The position numbers and the translations under genes were made by a program. The notes beneath the pieces are model-generated. The model made no database searches. It saw only the letters and a list, made by a program, of their open reading frames with translations, and was not told the DNA's origin. This document shows positions 1-23,639 of a stretch of 64,000 bases of DNA, in pieces; the first letter of the stretch is position 1, and each line of letters begins with the position of its first letter. Where the stretch lies: NCBI GenBank assembly GCA_002269645.1, contig NIVC01002808.1:13295-77294 (forward strand), in the 5' to 3' direction. The DNA is from Macrostomum lignano. Taxonomy: Eukaryota.

Positions 1-10288
<10,288 letters not shown>

Positions 10289-11477
10289 GGTCTGACTGCT
10301 TTGAACATTGCAATAGGCACAATTCAGAAATGAAAAATATACATGTATTACTGTGATAAAAGTACATTCTTTGCCCTTAAAACAATAAAGTCTACTTTTT
10401 ATATATTTAACATTGCTAGGACAGTCAGAAAACTAGAATTTATTTTTCTTTTAAAAGAGAAATAGAGTTTTAATAATTACTATAAGTTTCAGGTTTATGA
10501 ATATGATCACAAACATAGTCATGACTAATGTTTAAATTTTGTTTTAATCTAAGTCTATAAATGAATACAAATTAATTCCTGGTTAAAAATAATTCTGTCT
10601 TTTTGTCCAATTTTTGTCCGTTTTCTGTCCATTTTCTGCGGAAAAGCCTCAAAAACGGACCAGGAGAGTCAAAAGCGGATATTTTTGTCCGTTTTTTTCA
10701 CTTCCAGAAAAAACGGATACCAAAGGGAACAAAAGCGGACTTGCGCTTTAAACGGAAATAAAAGTGGACATAGAAGTGGACAAGGGCAAAGAAAGTTTAA
10801 GCCACCGTCCGCTTTTATTTCCACATTCTTGTCCACTTTTTAGTCCACTCTGTAAGGACTTAAAGTGGGACAGAAAAGCAGACAAAGACGGACTTAAATT
10901 TTGAATGTATGTCTTTTTTTGTCCCCTTTGAGGTCCGACTTGCTGGCCACTTTATGTGGACTTTTTGTTATAATGTAACGTGATGTATTTTAATGCTACC
11001 GTAACGCAACGTACTGACTTAATAAACACATGTAAGCCATATCACTTTCTAGCCCATTAACTAGATTCATTCCGGTGTCTATACCTAAGCAGTGACTTAT
11101 TTAAACTTCAAGTTATAAGGCACAGACTTCTGTATGAGTTCTTCTACAGCTTGCAATTAACTATCTAAGCTACATAATGTAACCTGCATACCTGTTTGTT
11201 TCAGCTGCCTAATATGGACCACTGGTCCCATGCCGCAACCTGATCAATTTGTTCGGCTCTTGTGGAAGAGAGCCGATTGTTGCGTGTTGAGAACAATCGG
11301 CTTCGCGAATCAGGACACTCGTCGCCTATATTTAACACCGGTGCGACCGTGAGGTTTCATCGTGCCATGGTTGCCTGCGACATACTGCCACCTACACAGG
11401 TAGTTGAGACAGCATGGCCATTTGAATCGCACAATCAAAGCAGACCAGATCAGTTGGCGTCGTCCACTAAGGCCCAC

Positions 11478-12175
11478 GGCTCCGAGACCCAAGGCCCAGT
11501 CGCTGACGATGACGGCTCCGAGACCCAAGGCCCAGTCGCTGACGATGACGGCTCCGAGACCCAAGGCCCAGTCGCTGACGATGACGGCTCCGAGACCCAA
11601 GGCCCAGTCGCTGACGATGACGGCTCCGAGACCCAAGGCCCAGTCGCTGACGATGACGGCTCAGAGACCCAAGGCCCAGTCGCTGACGATGACGGCTCAG
11701 AGACCCAAGGCCCAGTCGCTGACGATGACGGCTCAGAGACCCAAGGCCCAGTCGCTGACGATGACGGCTCCGAGACCCAAGGCCCAGTCGCTGACGATGA
11801 CGGCTCCGAGACCCAAGGCCCAGTCGCTGACGATGACGGCTCAGAGACCCAAGGCCCAGTCGCTGACGATGACGGCTCCGAGACCCAAGGCCCAGTCGCT
11901 GACGATGACGGCTCCGAGACCCAAGGCCCAGTCGCTGACGATGACGGCTCCGAGACCCAAGGCCCAGTCGCTGACGATGACGGCTCCGAGACCCAAGGCC
12001 CAGTCGCTGACGATGACGGCTCCGAGACCCAAGGCCCAGTCGCTGACGATGACGGCTCCGAGACCCAAGGCCCAGTCGCTGACGATGACGGCTCCGAGAC
12101 CCAAGGCCCAGTCGCTGACGATGACGGCTCCGAGACCCAAGGCCCAGTCGCTGACGATGACGGCTCCGAGACCCA
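11478..12175 (+). repeat. 36-bp tandem repeat GGCTCCGAGACCCAAGGCCCAGTCGCTGACGATGAC (19 copies plus a partial) inside the transposon
   Basis: Direct reading; translates as GSETQGPVADDD or PRPKAQSLTMTA. Confidence 0.95.
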
Positions 12176-12229
12176 GGAAATGGATTCCAATATCTAATAA
12201 ATTTATGTCCTCCGTCATTCCGAAATTCA

Positions 12230-14266
12230 GTGATGGTGTTTCAGCAAGCATGGATGACGGCACAAAAGAGAGAAGACGCAGACAATCTTTAACGCGTCGC
12301 CTATACATGCAGCGCAGAAGGGCTTGCACGCCTATACATGCACGCCAATACATGCAGCGCAGACGGGCTGAGTCCGCTCTACGCATCGTAGATGGCGTAG
12401 AGCGGACGCTTCGGCTGCACCCTCTTCTCGGCCTTTTCGACGCACCGGCTAGAACGGATGCTTTCGGAATGAGACGCTGCGCGGCAAGGTAACGGTCTAC
12501 TAAAGCACATACGTAATTTGCCTTGCACCTTTGCTATTCGATAAAGGTGCTATATCGCGACCACGAGTCAGGGGGGTGGTGGAGGCCGGCGTTTCCCCGT
12601 TCGTGTTTCGCAGGCCATGCAGCGAGAAGCTGCAGAGCAGGGCTGCACCCAGACCTCTGTTCGCAACATGATGGATACCCTGACACTGGTCCAGGTCCGA
12701 CAAGAGACACATGCCGGTCCGAACACAGACACGCTCGGTGCGTTGGCTTTCGCCTCTGGCCGCGATAGCCGGTTTCGACTTCATCCGGTCCTGCCCTCCT
12801 TGCTACCTGCATCAGCTTTTGTCGGGGACGCTGAAGCGGATGCTGGTGCAAATGTTTCTCCCTACTTGGGACAAACCAGAGAAGGGCCCATCCAATTGTC
12901 TCAACCTGCACGGGCGCATCGACGACGTTGACGAGCGTTTGCGAGCAATTGTTGTGCCCAGGTGATCATGTGATCACTGCTCATTTCTCAGGTTTAGTCA
13001 AAATACTACCTAGACTTTCGCGGGGACTTGCCTCTCATTGAAGGTCTGTGCAGCGGCAGCAGGTACGGCCGTTGTCGGAGATTCGACACTTCCGTGGCCA
13101 CGAGTATGAGATGTGGTAATTTGCACTGGGTTTTCTGTCTCTGCGCGGCATCCTAGAGGAGACCCATTACCAGCATCTCATGCTGCTGTCGACCGCTTAA
13201 ACACTGGATCGTGTGCCCATTGCCGAACTGGCACACGTCAGACAGTCGCTTCTGTACTTTCACAGGAAGCTGCCTAGGCTGTACTCGCAGCGCGCACTGA
13301 CATACAATGCGCACCAGGCATAAATGCCCTTCACTAGTAATATTTTAGGCACTGGTTTTCAGAGAAGTATTTCAACCATGGATAGCCTGCTCGCCTGCTT
13401 TTCAGGTGTGCTGGCATACGGTGCAGCACGCAATTCTAGGCGGACCAGTGCATCTGCTTCTGCTATCCACAGGCCTATTCGAGACTATGCATTCGCGAAT
13501 TAAAACTCGATTGCACGGTACGCGGCATATATTGACGTCGAGTTGGTGCGCGCCATCGAGCTTGACGTCGCATCAGCACAGGTTTGCCAGTCACTAGAGC
13601 TGTATTGGACTAAAAAGTTTCTCGATTTTAAAAAGAACACTCATGTACTTTGCCTGGCTAAACAGGGAACCGTGGAACTCACTTTAATCTATTTTAATCT
13701 TTCAATTTAGAATCGCGGCCAACTCCAAGATGCCGGCCAGACTACGAAGGACCCGCGAGACAAAAACGAGGTAGTCGTCGTGCCCTCCCGGTTAGGACCG
13801 ATTGTGCTTCGACGACCTAGGACGATGACGACTGGGTGGAGAAGCGCGTCGCTGCCATCAGCCGTCTATGTTGAGGCGTGGCATCCCATCGCAGGACGAC
13901 GTCTGAACTCTGAAGACTTCATCCAGCTTCGTTTCTGTACAGGCGGATACTGAACCGATGGACTTCGTCTTCGGCCGCACACATAGTCTGGAATATGGTG
14001 GCAGCGACGTTGTTCGCGTACTTCTAGAAGTACTCCCGGTGGAGCCTAGCGTAGATCCCCTGCAGGAATTGGCCAACGTTAGGTCGGACTTTGGGGAACG
14101 TGGATGCCGCAACGCAAGTTTTCGGCTTCTGCGGACGGACCCCTTTGCCGACCTGCAGGCATTTGGCCCCCCAGTGCCCTTCAACGTCAACACAATCGTT
14201 GGTGTTTGCGCCGTCAGTCCCACGGCCATCGCTCTGCTGCCTCACTTGCAGTTAGGCTTCTCATGA
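12230..14266 (+). pseudogene. CMC/EnSpm-type DDE transposase pseudogene (intron-containing, with stops, frameshifts and probable internal deletion)
   Basis: Family motifs appear in the expected order: LGLFDAPAR; SPLAAIAGFDFIRSCPPCYLHQLLSG (C/DxxH); RIDDVDERLRAIVVP; RPLSEIRHFRGHEYEMW*; LRGILGETHYQHLMLL; LYSQRALTYNAHQ; GGPV...LFETMHSRIKTRLHGTR; FVFGRTHSL. In-frame TAA stops occur near 13117 and 13198. Confidence 0.78.
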
Positions 14267-14779
14267 TTCAGAATAATAACAGTCCAGACATAGATATCCC
14301 TCTAATATAGGTTACTTTTTCAGGTGGTAACAAAATCTCGGGCCAAAATCAGCGATGGTTCCAGGAAAGGATTCCATCTGAATACTATGATTCCTGTAAT
14401 CCACTCTTCAGGCAGCTTCGCACTGTCTGTCCTTGTGTATGCTAATTTTGTAAGCGTTCGCTCGAGACTCCGCTTTTTTGCAGACTATTTCGTTTGCCTA
14501 CATCATGTGCATACTGACGATTGATTGATTTTTGATTGCTTGAAAATATTGTATCCTTCGTTTCATTTTGTGCTTTCCTTTGCCAAAAAACCAAAAGTAT
14601 AACCAAAAAAATTTGCTGCTACCACAGTTATTTAAATAACTATAGGAACCCATATTAGGGATCCTTTAGTCTGGGAATAGTCTGGTAAGTTAGAGATTAG
14701 TCGGGCAGATTAGGCCCGTACATGGGAACTCGGAATCCGTAGTATACATATCGCACTTTGCACTTGCGCTGCAAATCCT

Positions 14780-16197
14780 TTGATCTTGCAGTCCCGACAT
14801 ATGGATCACTCGTCCAGTGACTCGGGAATTAACTGGAGCAAATTATTCGACGCCTGTGCCACCCCCAGCGACTGGGAGCCGACAGACAGCGACAGCGAAG
14901 GCTCCGAAACAGACGTTGAGGATCTGCGCGCGGAGCTGTCAGCTAAACGACCCCGAAACGTTTATTCACTCGCGGATTACAACCGCTTACCGCCTGAGCC
15001 TCCCGCCCAATACGGCATCAGAAGCGGGAGAAGCACATGCGTCTGCCAGCCCAAACCTGCCCCGACTGTGAGGATTGGTTTGCGTAGCTTTTGCCAAAGT
15101 CACGCGCTACTCGCCTACAATACCATGGACGTCATCGGCACCGCTGCATAATCCAGGCGAACTTTTTTTTGATATCGACACGCCCCCCTCGCCACTACCT
15201 GCCCCCTTCGAGCTAATGAAGGTTGGCAAGAGGCGACGTCGACCACTTTTGTGACCTGCAGGCCAGGTCGCACAGCCCCACTAAAATCAAGGCGCCGATG
15301 AATGACTTAGTAAATCCATCGGCGTCACCATTGGGCAGGTCGTGGTCGTGGGGCAGGAAATATGCGTGCTTCAGGCAATGCTGATGTAGAGCAGCCTCGG
15401 TAACACCGCTGCTGGAAAGGTAAGCTTAGTTGGCCTGCAAGCGCTACAATGCAAAAAAACACCACAAACGCGCCGTTCCACGCTTATGCCCCCCACTTTT
15501 CCCACTCCCCATAGGTTAAAGCCATCCACTTTAATGTGGGCTGCATGGTAAGCAAGGACAACATTATTGTGGAGCTGGAGCCGGCAGCCTAATGATGCAG
15601 CCTGTCCCTGGCCGTACTACTAACAAACGTAATGCAGTTCACTCATTTAATTGAGAGGATTGATACCCCAGCACTATTTACTTGTTGTTGCACATAATAA
15701 AAATCTCACATTATCTGCACCGTCTATTGTATGCGCTGAGGTTCGCTAAGGCAGAACAGTTGTACCAGCCAACCCTGCAAAAAAAGAACGTTATCGACGC
15801 ATTCCTAAAGAATGCTAATGCCATCCTTACCGAATGCCAAAAAGGGAAAGTCTTCCACTGCTGTAAGGAAATGGCCCTTAAGCGCCTCAGCTTATATGCA
15901 CCAAAGCAGAAGGCAAAGACTCCTACTCTAGGCTGGGAGAAAATGCAGAGCATCTCCAAGAGCCAGCGTCCTTGCAACGCCAAAGCCCCGTCGCCCATCG
16001 TAATTGCCAACGATGCAGTTTCAGGCGTAGCTGCACTTATACGCATTGTACACACCAGCAACGCTGGCGCTGGATCCTTGGATGTCCACCACCAAAATTT
16101 GGACAGCGACTCCTTACACATTATTAATGAGATAGTATGTCTCATTAAATATTTTGCACTATATTCAGCAGCATTTTTTCTTTACTTGGAAAACTAA
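14780..16197 (+). pseudogene. Probable second (accessory) spliced ORF of the transposon, fragmentary
   Basis: GC-rich blocks: acidic N-terminus (SDWEPTDSDSEGSETDVE), Cys/His segment, donors AAG|GTAAGC (~15420) and ATG|GTAAGC (~15548), acceptor CCCATAG, and ORF 15682-16197. No family recognised. Confidence 0.3.
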
Positions 16198-19100
16198 ACT
16201 CTTTTATTTGAGAGAGCATCCAAGCAGCTAAATGTTAATTAAGCATATATACTATTGTCCAACTCGTCTATATATCTATTTCATGGATACATACATATTG
16301 TTTGCTATTGAATAGGCCATAATTGTATCCATTTCCTAGACCATTTATGTCCTAAATGCCAAGGTCCACTTCCTTATCCATTTTAATGTTTATTCTCTAG
16401 TCCATTTTTATCCATGGCAATTATGTCCATTTTTGTCCATTCTAGTGATTGCTTCATTGTTCATACAACTTGAACAAAAAAGTAGTTTGCAAAAAAGTTT
16501 TTTGCAGATAGGAAATAGACTAACATGGAGGACAATCTCAAAATATGTCTATAAACATTACTTTTCCTCCATTTTACCACTATAAAAATAGGCCTAAATG
16601 GACACATTCTGGACAGAAAAGTAGACTTCTAATCTCCTATTCTCCAAAAATGCTCTAAAAAACAGAATTATTTTTACCCACATAGGTCTTATTTGAGACT
16701 TTGGTATTTGTAATTATTTTTTATTTATAAACTAAATAAACCCAAGATAAAATTAATTTTTATAAGAGATAATTTGACTAAATTTATAAATAGCAAGAAA
16801 TTATTATCTTTTTAAATGTTTAATTCCTATATAGCTTTTATTTGTTTTATTTATAGAGCTATTAATATTGTATTTTAATTTATATAACTATAAATAAAAT
16901 TAGGAATGCCATGGTGATATAAATACTAATAGGCCATACCTTAGTCCTAAAGAATATGATAGTAATAGAAATAAAACTGATAGAAGAATGATAGGGTAAA
17001 AGCTCATTTATTTATAGAGTTGAATATTTCAACACAAAATTGATTTGCAGGCTACTTTTATATTGTTAGATAATAAGAGTTGAGTGCTGTAGGCCAGACT
17101 TAAAGATGTCATAGACTAGATCTAGCCTATAGGCAAGAGTTTGCTAACCCCTAATATATAATCATAAATTTTGTTTATAACTATGACCATACATTAAGTC
17201 TAGTCAAAGTTTTTAATAAATACATTAAAAATATTTTTTATTTTACCAATAGCTACTAAGCCTGAAGTTATTATGTTTATACATAGAAAGCATGCCTAAT
17301 AGTAATAGGTATATGCATATGGCTAATATAACTTAGCTACAAGTGGTTTAAGCATCTAGATATAGCAAGGAGACATTGCTGCTTAATCTGCTAACCCCTG
17401 GTGACAAAAGGCTATTTCATAAAAATACTACTTATTAGCTAGGTCTACTATATAAAGTATTGCAATATAAAGAAATCTACATAGATTACTGATTAGTTTG
17501 TTAAATAACAAAAGAATATACACATACACTATAACACAATTCAAAACTATTAAGTCAGATCTTTGGTCTACTTCCAATTTAACCAAATTGATTTTTTCTG
17601 GAACTATATATCGCAATAAACAACAACTAATTCACAGAGTTGGCCAGCCAGTGACTAGTATGATTAGGCGATTAGCTAACAACAAATAAGTAAATTAGTT
17701 AATACAATATGAAGCTCCTGCTCCATCCTTACTAAAAACATCGTCGTTGTGACACAAAGTTTCATTTAGAGTTAGCTTGGGTAATTTTTCAGCTCCAAGC
17801 TTCTAACTAAACTTGATCAGCTAATTTTACACACTAGAGCAAGCATAACAACGGTCACACACGTGGTAAAAATGATCAACCAAATTTTAAAGTGGGTTTT
17901 TTTTCTTACCAATGGCTGTTTGCAAGCTGAAATATTAAAGTAAAATGTTTAAGCGGAATAAAAAGAGTGTGATTTTTTATTTTTTTTATTTTTAACCATC
18001 TTAAACCCAATATTCTACACGCCTTTTGTTAAAGCATTATGAAGTAATTTTAATCAAGAAACAAGAATCAAAATTCAAACTCGTTAATTACCACGTCTGA
18101 AAAAAAGTGGACTATCCTAATAGACAAAAGCTGCAACTGACTGAAGTTAGATTAAAATTCTGTGTGGCACGTTTTAAAACAGTTCGTTACTTTCACTGCT
18201 ATTTAGCAAGGCAAGATTTATCATGACAATTAATTTTGTACTCTGTATTGCAATAGTATACATGTACATCAGCCTTGCGTATTGCGGTTGGTGTGAGCCA
18301 CACTTTGACTTTAAATAGCTATAGAAGTCGATATCGCCAACTTGGCTGAGAGTCGTGTATACCCATAATCAGTTTGCGCTTTAACATTTGCGTCGCAAGC
18401 ACAAGCTAGGAAGCCCCCTATATGTAAGCTGGGCCGCTAGATCGAATTAGTCAAAGTGAGAAAGTGAGATGCAAGCCTTAGTGGCCGCCACACTGCAAAG
18501 TAAATACGGTCCCAAATTTTAAAAGCAAATTTTGCAAGACACGTCTCAGTCATCGGCTGCGGCAGCATCTGAAGTGCTACGATCAACCAAAATTCATCAC
18601 CGCAAGATCATCGTGCCAGCTGGACCGCCAAGTAAAATATTTCGAAGGTATGATGGCCGAGATGATCCATGGCCAATGGATTAGGGTTGCCAACAATCTG
18701 TCGACCAATTGCAGTGTACGAAGTGTTGGTCGCCACTAAGCAGCGACGCCGCAGCCGAGAGTGTAAAGACAAGGAAGCGGCGATATCGCAGCATCTGGTC
18801 TGTCAGGGCGACTTGGTTTGCCCTCATATTGGCCAAGACAGCAAAGAGAGTTAGTGGCCAGCTATATGGTCTGTCTGTTAATTAAGGAAAAAGACTCCCC
18901 CCCCCCGAGAACAGTTTGTTCTTCGGCAAGCTTCGCTTGGATTTCCAATTGGCGGTGATCTGGCAAAATGTCTTGTACCTCAGACTATATGCTGTATGCA
19001 TTTAAATAACTTTTCAAACCTTAAGCTACGAGCGTATAATAATCTTAGTGCTAAATGAAAATTTCTTTCCTTGTTGCTTGGCTGTCTTTTATGCAGAGTA

Positions 19101-19789
19101 AAGGGGTAGGGTTCTTTATTTTTTATCATACTGTTCAATTTCTAACTGTTCGAATGTGTACCATATTCGAATACGTTTACAGTTGAAAAATTATTACAAA
19201 TACTGTAAAAATTAGGTTATACGTTAGGTTTGTTAAATTGTCTGCTATCTTATCCTTGACACTATCCTTGATCTGCACAGTGTCATTTGTCCACTTACAG
19301 GTCATACTGCATGGTTCTCAATTTGTTGTTTAGGGTCATTTGTCCAGCTCGTGTCATTCCTTGATCTGCATAGTGTCATAGCAGCAGCCATGCATGCAAG
19401 GACTTTAGAACTGTATTGTAGATGTGGATCCTGTGTACGAGCTATCAATTCGTTAATAGTAAATATGTGTACTTTTCGATTCAAGCACATAAATCGAGTA
19501 CACTTTGGAAGGCAAATTGTTTTTTACAGCTTTGATACATTCATGATACATGTATACTAGCATTCGCTAATGCATTTGCCATTTAAGAAGAGAAAAATGC
19601 GTAATAAACGTTAACACGTTTGTCAGATTTTGATTTAAATGGTTAAAATTTTAAGTAGCAATTAGTGCGTTACTACTTTTAGTACTATAGTATGCGGTAA
19701 ATCTTCGTGAAAACTCGAAGCCTTATCCAGGGGTTCCGTGTGCAAAATTTCACATCTCCGAAAAGCAGCCTCCGTCACAACTCCGACAC

Positions 19790-22700
19790 TTCATATTTCC
19801 GACACAATTTATATCTCCGACACTTCATATCTCCGACATTTCATATCTCCACACTTCATATCTCCACACTTCATATCTCCACACTTCATATCTCCGACAT
19901 TTCATATCTCCGACACTTCATATCTCCGACATTTCATATCTCCGACATTTCATATCTCCGACACTTCATATCTCCGACACTTCATATCTCCACACTTCAT
20001 ATCTCCACACTTCATATCTCCGACACTTATTTCCAACACTTCATATCTCCAACACTTCATATCTCCAACACTTCATATCTCCAACACTTCATATCTCCAA
20101 CACTTCATATCTCCGACATTTCATATCTCCGACACTTCATATCTCCGACATTTCATATCTCCGACATTTCATATCTCCGACACTTCATATCTCCGACATT
20201 TCATATCTCCGACATTTCATATCTCCGACACTTCATATCTCCGACATTTCATATCTCCGACACTTCATATCTCCGACATTTCATATCTCCGACACTTCAT
20301 ATCTCCGACATTTCATATCTCCGACACTTCATATCTCCGACACTTCATATCTCCGACATTTCATATCTCCGACATTTCATATCTCCGACACTTCATATCT
20401 CCGACATTTCATATCTCCGACATTTCATATCTCCGACACTTCATATCTCCGACACTTCATATCTCCGACATTTCATATCTCCGACACTTCATATCTCCGA
20501 CATTTCATATCTCCGACATTTCATATCTCCGACACTTCATATCTCCGACATTTCATATCTCCGACACTTCATATCTCCGACACTTCATATCTCCGACATT
20601 TCATATCTCCGACACTTCATATCTCCGACACTTCATATCTCCACACTTCATATCTCCGACATTTCATATCTCCGACATTTCATATCTCCGACACTTCATA
20701 TCTCCGACATTTCATATCTCCGACACTTCATATCTCCGACATTTCATATCTCCGACACTTCATATCTCCGACATTTCATATCTCCGACACTTCATATCTC
20801 CGACATTTCATATCTCCGACACTTCATATCTCCGACATTTCATATCTCCGACACTTCATATCTCCGACATTTCATATCTCCGACACTTCATATCTCCGAC
20901 ACTTCATATCTCCACACTTCATATCTCCACACTTCATATCTCCGACACTTATTTCCAACACTTCATATCTCCAACACTTCACATCTCCAACACTTCATAT
21001 CTCCAACACTTCATATCTCCAACACTTCATATCTCCGACATTTCATATCTCCGACACTTCATATCTCCGACATTTCATATCTCCGACATTTCATATCTCC
21101 GACACTTCATATCTCCGACATTTCATATCTCCGACATTTCATATCTCCGACACTTCATATCTCCGACATTTCATATCTCCGACATTTCATATCTCCGACA
21201 TTTCATATCTCCGACACTTCATATCTCCGCACTTCATATCTCCGACATTTCATATCTCCGACATTTCATATCTCCGACACTTCATATCTCCGAAACTTCA
21301 TATCTCCGACATTTCATATCTCCGACACTTCATATCTCCGACATTTCATATCTCCGACACTTCATATCTCCGACATTTCATATCTCCGACATTTCATATC
21401 TCCGACACTTCATATCTCCGACATTTCATATCTCCGACACTTCATATCTCCGACATTTCATATCTCCGACACTTCATATCTCCGACATTTCATATCTCCG
21501 ACACTTCATATCTCCGACACTTCATATCTCCGACATTTCATATCTCCGACATTTCATATCTCCGACACTTCATATCTCCGACATTTCATATCTCCGACAC
21601 TTCATATCTCCGACACTTCATATCTCCGACACTTCATATCTCCGACATTTCATATCTCCGACACTTCATATCTCCGACATTTCATATCTCCGACATTTCA
21701 TATCTCCGACACTTCATATCTCCGACATTTCATATCTCCGACACTTCATATCTCCGACACTTCATATCTCCGACATTTCATATCTCCGACACTTCATATC
21801 TCCGACACTTCATATCTCCACACTTCATATCTCCGACATTTCATATCTCCGACATTTCATATCTCCGACACTTCATATCTCCGACATTTCATATCTCCGA
21901 CACTTCATATCTCCGACATTTCATATCTCCGACACTTCATATCTCCGACATTTCATATCTCCGACACTTCATATCTCCGACATTTCATATCTCCGACACT
22001 TCATATCTCCGACATTTCATATCTCCGACACTTCATATCTCCGACATTTCATATCTCCGACACTTCATATCTCCGACACTTCATATCTCCACACTTCATA
22101 TCTCCACACTTCATATCTCCGACACTTATTTCCAACACTTCATATCTCCAACACTTCATATCTCCAACACTTCATATCTCCAACACTTCATATCTCCAAC
22201 ACTTCATATCTCCGACATTTCATATCTCCGACACTTCATATCTCCGACATTTCATATCTCCGACATTTCATATCTCCGACACTTCATATCTCCGACATTT
22301 CATATCTCCGACATTTCATATCTCCGACACTTCATATCTCCGACATTTCATATCTCCGACATTTCATATCTCCGACATTTCATATCTCCGACACTTCATA
22401 TCTCCGACATTTCATATCTCCGACACTTCATATCTCCGACACTTCATATCTCCGACACTTCATATCTCCGCACTTCATATCTCCGACATTTCATATCTCC
22501 GACATTTCATATCTCCGACACTTCATATCTCCGAAACTTCATATTTCTCCGACACTTCATATCTCCGACATTTCATATCTCCGACACTTCATATCTCCGA
22601 AACTTCATGTCTCCACACTTCATATCTCCGACACTTCATATCTCCGACATTTCATATCTCCGACATTTCATATCTCCGACACTTCATATCTCCGACACTT

Positions 22701-22937
22701 CATATCTCCGACACTTCATATCTCCGACACTTCATATCTCCGACACTTCATATCTCCGACACTTCATATCTCCGACACTTCATATCTCCGACACTTCATA
22801 TCTCCGACACTTCATATCTCCGACACTTCATATCTCCGACACTTCATATCTCCGACACTTCATATCTCCGACACTTCATATCTCCGACACTTCATATCTC
22901 CGACACTTCATATCTCCGACACTTCATATCTCCGAAA
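19790..22937. repeat. 16-bp satellite (ACA[C/T]TTCATATCTCCG)n, ~195 units
   Basis: Direct reading; source of the >1000-aa spurious ORFs. Confidence 0.98.
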
Positions 22938-23639
22938 CTTCAATCCGCAACAAGTTCGCCATTAGAAAAAGTTAAGTAATAAATTCAGTAATATCTCCCC
23001 TGAACCCGGGAAGTCTGAGCTGTTGCTCAAATCGTACCTCCACAGCTATGCGGTATGCAACTTTCTGTCTGTGAGCACAGCTGCCCTCTGTGCAAGCGCT
23101 GTGATAAAATTCCCCTTTTTTCCCCAAAGAATTTTAGCGTCAAGTTTACTAAAGCAAGTGTGCTTTGCATTGCCTTGCGCTTGCTGTGCTCCTGTCAGCT
23201 CTACAAGGAGTTGAATACTTCCTGTCAGTCCTATTTTCAACTACCGTAGCTGCTGGTTCAACCCCTATTGTGGACTGATTCTAATAGTTTTCTTGCATTT
23301 CACGTTGTGTATTGATTCTTCAGCAGGTGTCCCTGTACAGTGACTGGCCCTGTTCTCTCTGTAGTGTAAGGACTGGATTTCCCTTTAAGCTTTTTTATGA
23401 GCAATTATACACACGAGGTGCTGTGCAACTCACAGCTCTGCTACCTGGTGCCGCTCCTTTTGCCTTTACACTTTGAAAGCATTCTAAAATGGACTACTTT
23501 TTAAAGTTATTATAATGAGAATATTAAAATTAATATATTAATCATCTCTTTAACAGTATATTAAAGCGAATATTAAAAGGAAAATCTAACTCTTCTTCAA
23601 ATTTGTCCTACGCTTTTCGACCTGTAAATTAAACCCTTC

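Larger units (their letters stand above)
10581..16679 (+). mobile_element. Decayed CACTA/EnSpm (CMC superfamily) DNA transposon, ~6.1 kb
   Basis: Inverted repeat GGTTAAAAATAATTCTGT (10581-10598) vs ACAGAATTATTTTTACCC (16662-16679), 17/18 match. Clusters of GGAC/GTCC subterminal motifs lie inside both ends (10600-10960, 16325-16630). Internal transposase remnants are present. Exact termini and TSD are not resolved. Confidence 0.65.

Noticed and set aside
18400-18870. GC-richer block with short ORFs
   Set aside because: Stops in all frames examined and no recognisable motif; possibly an old TE fragment.
19707-22979. Two ORFs of >1000 aa
   Set aside because: They are read-through of a stop-free 16-bp satellite, open in multiple frames, with no protein-like complexity.
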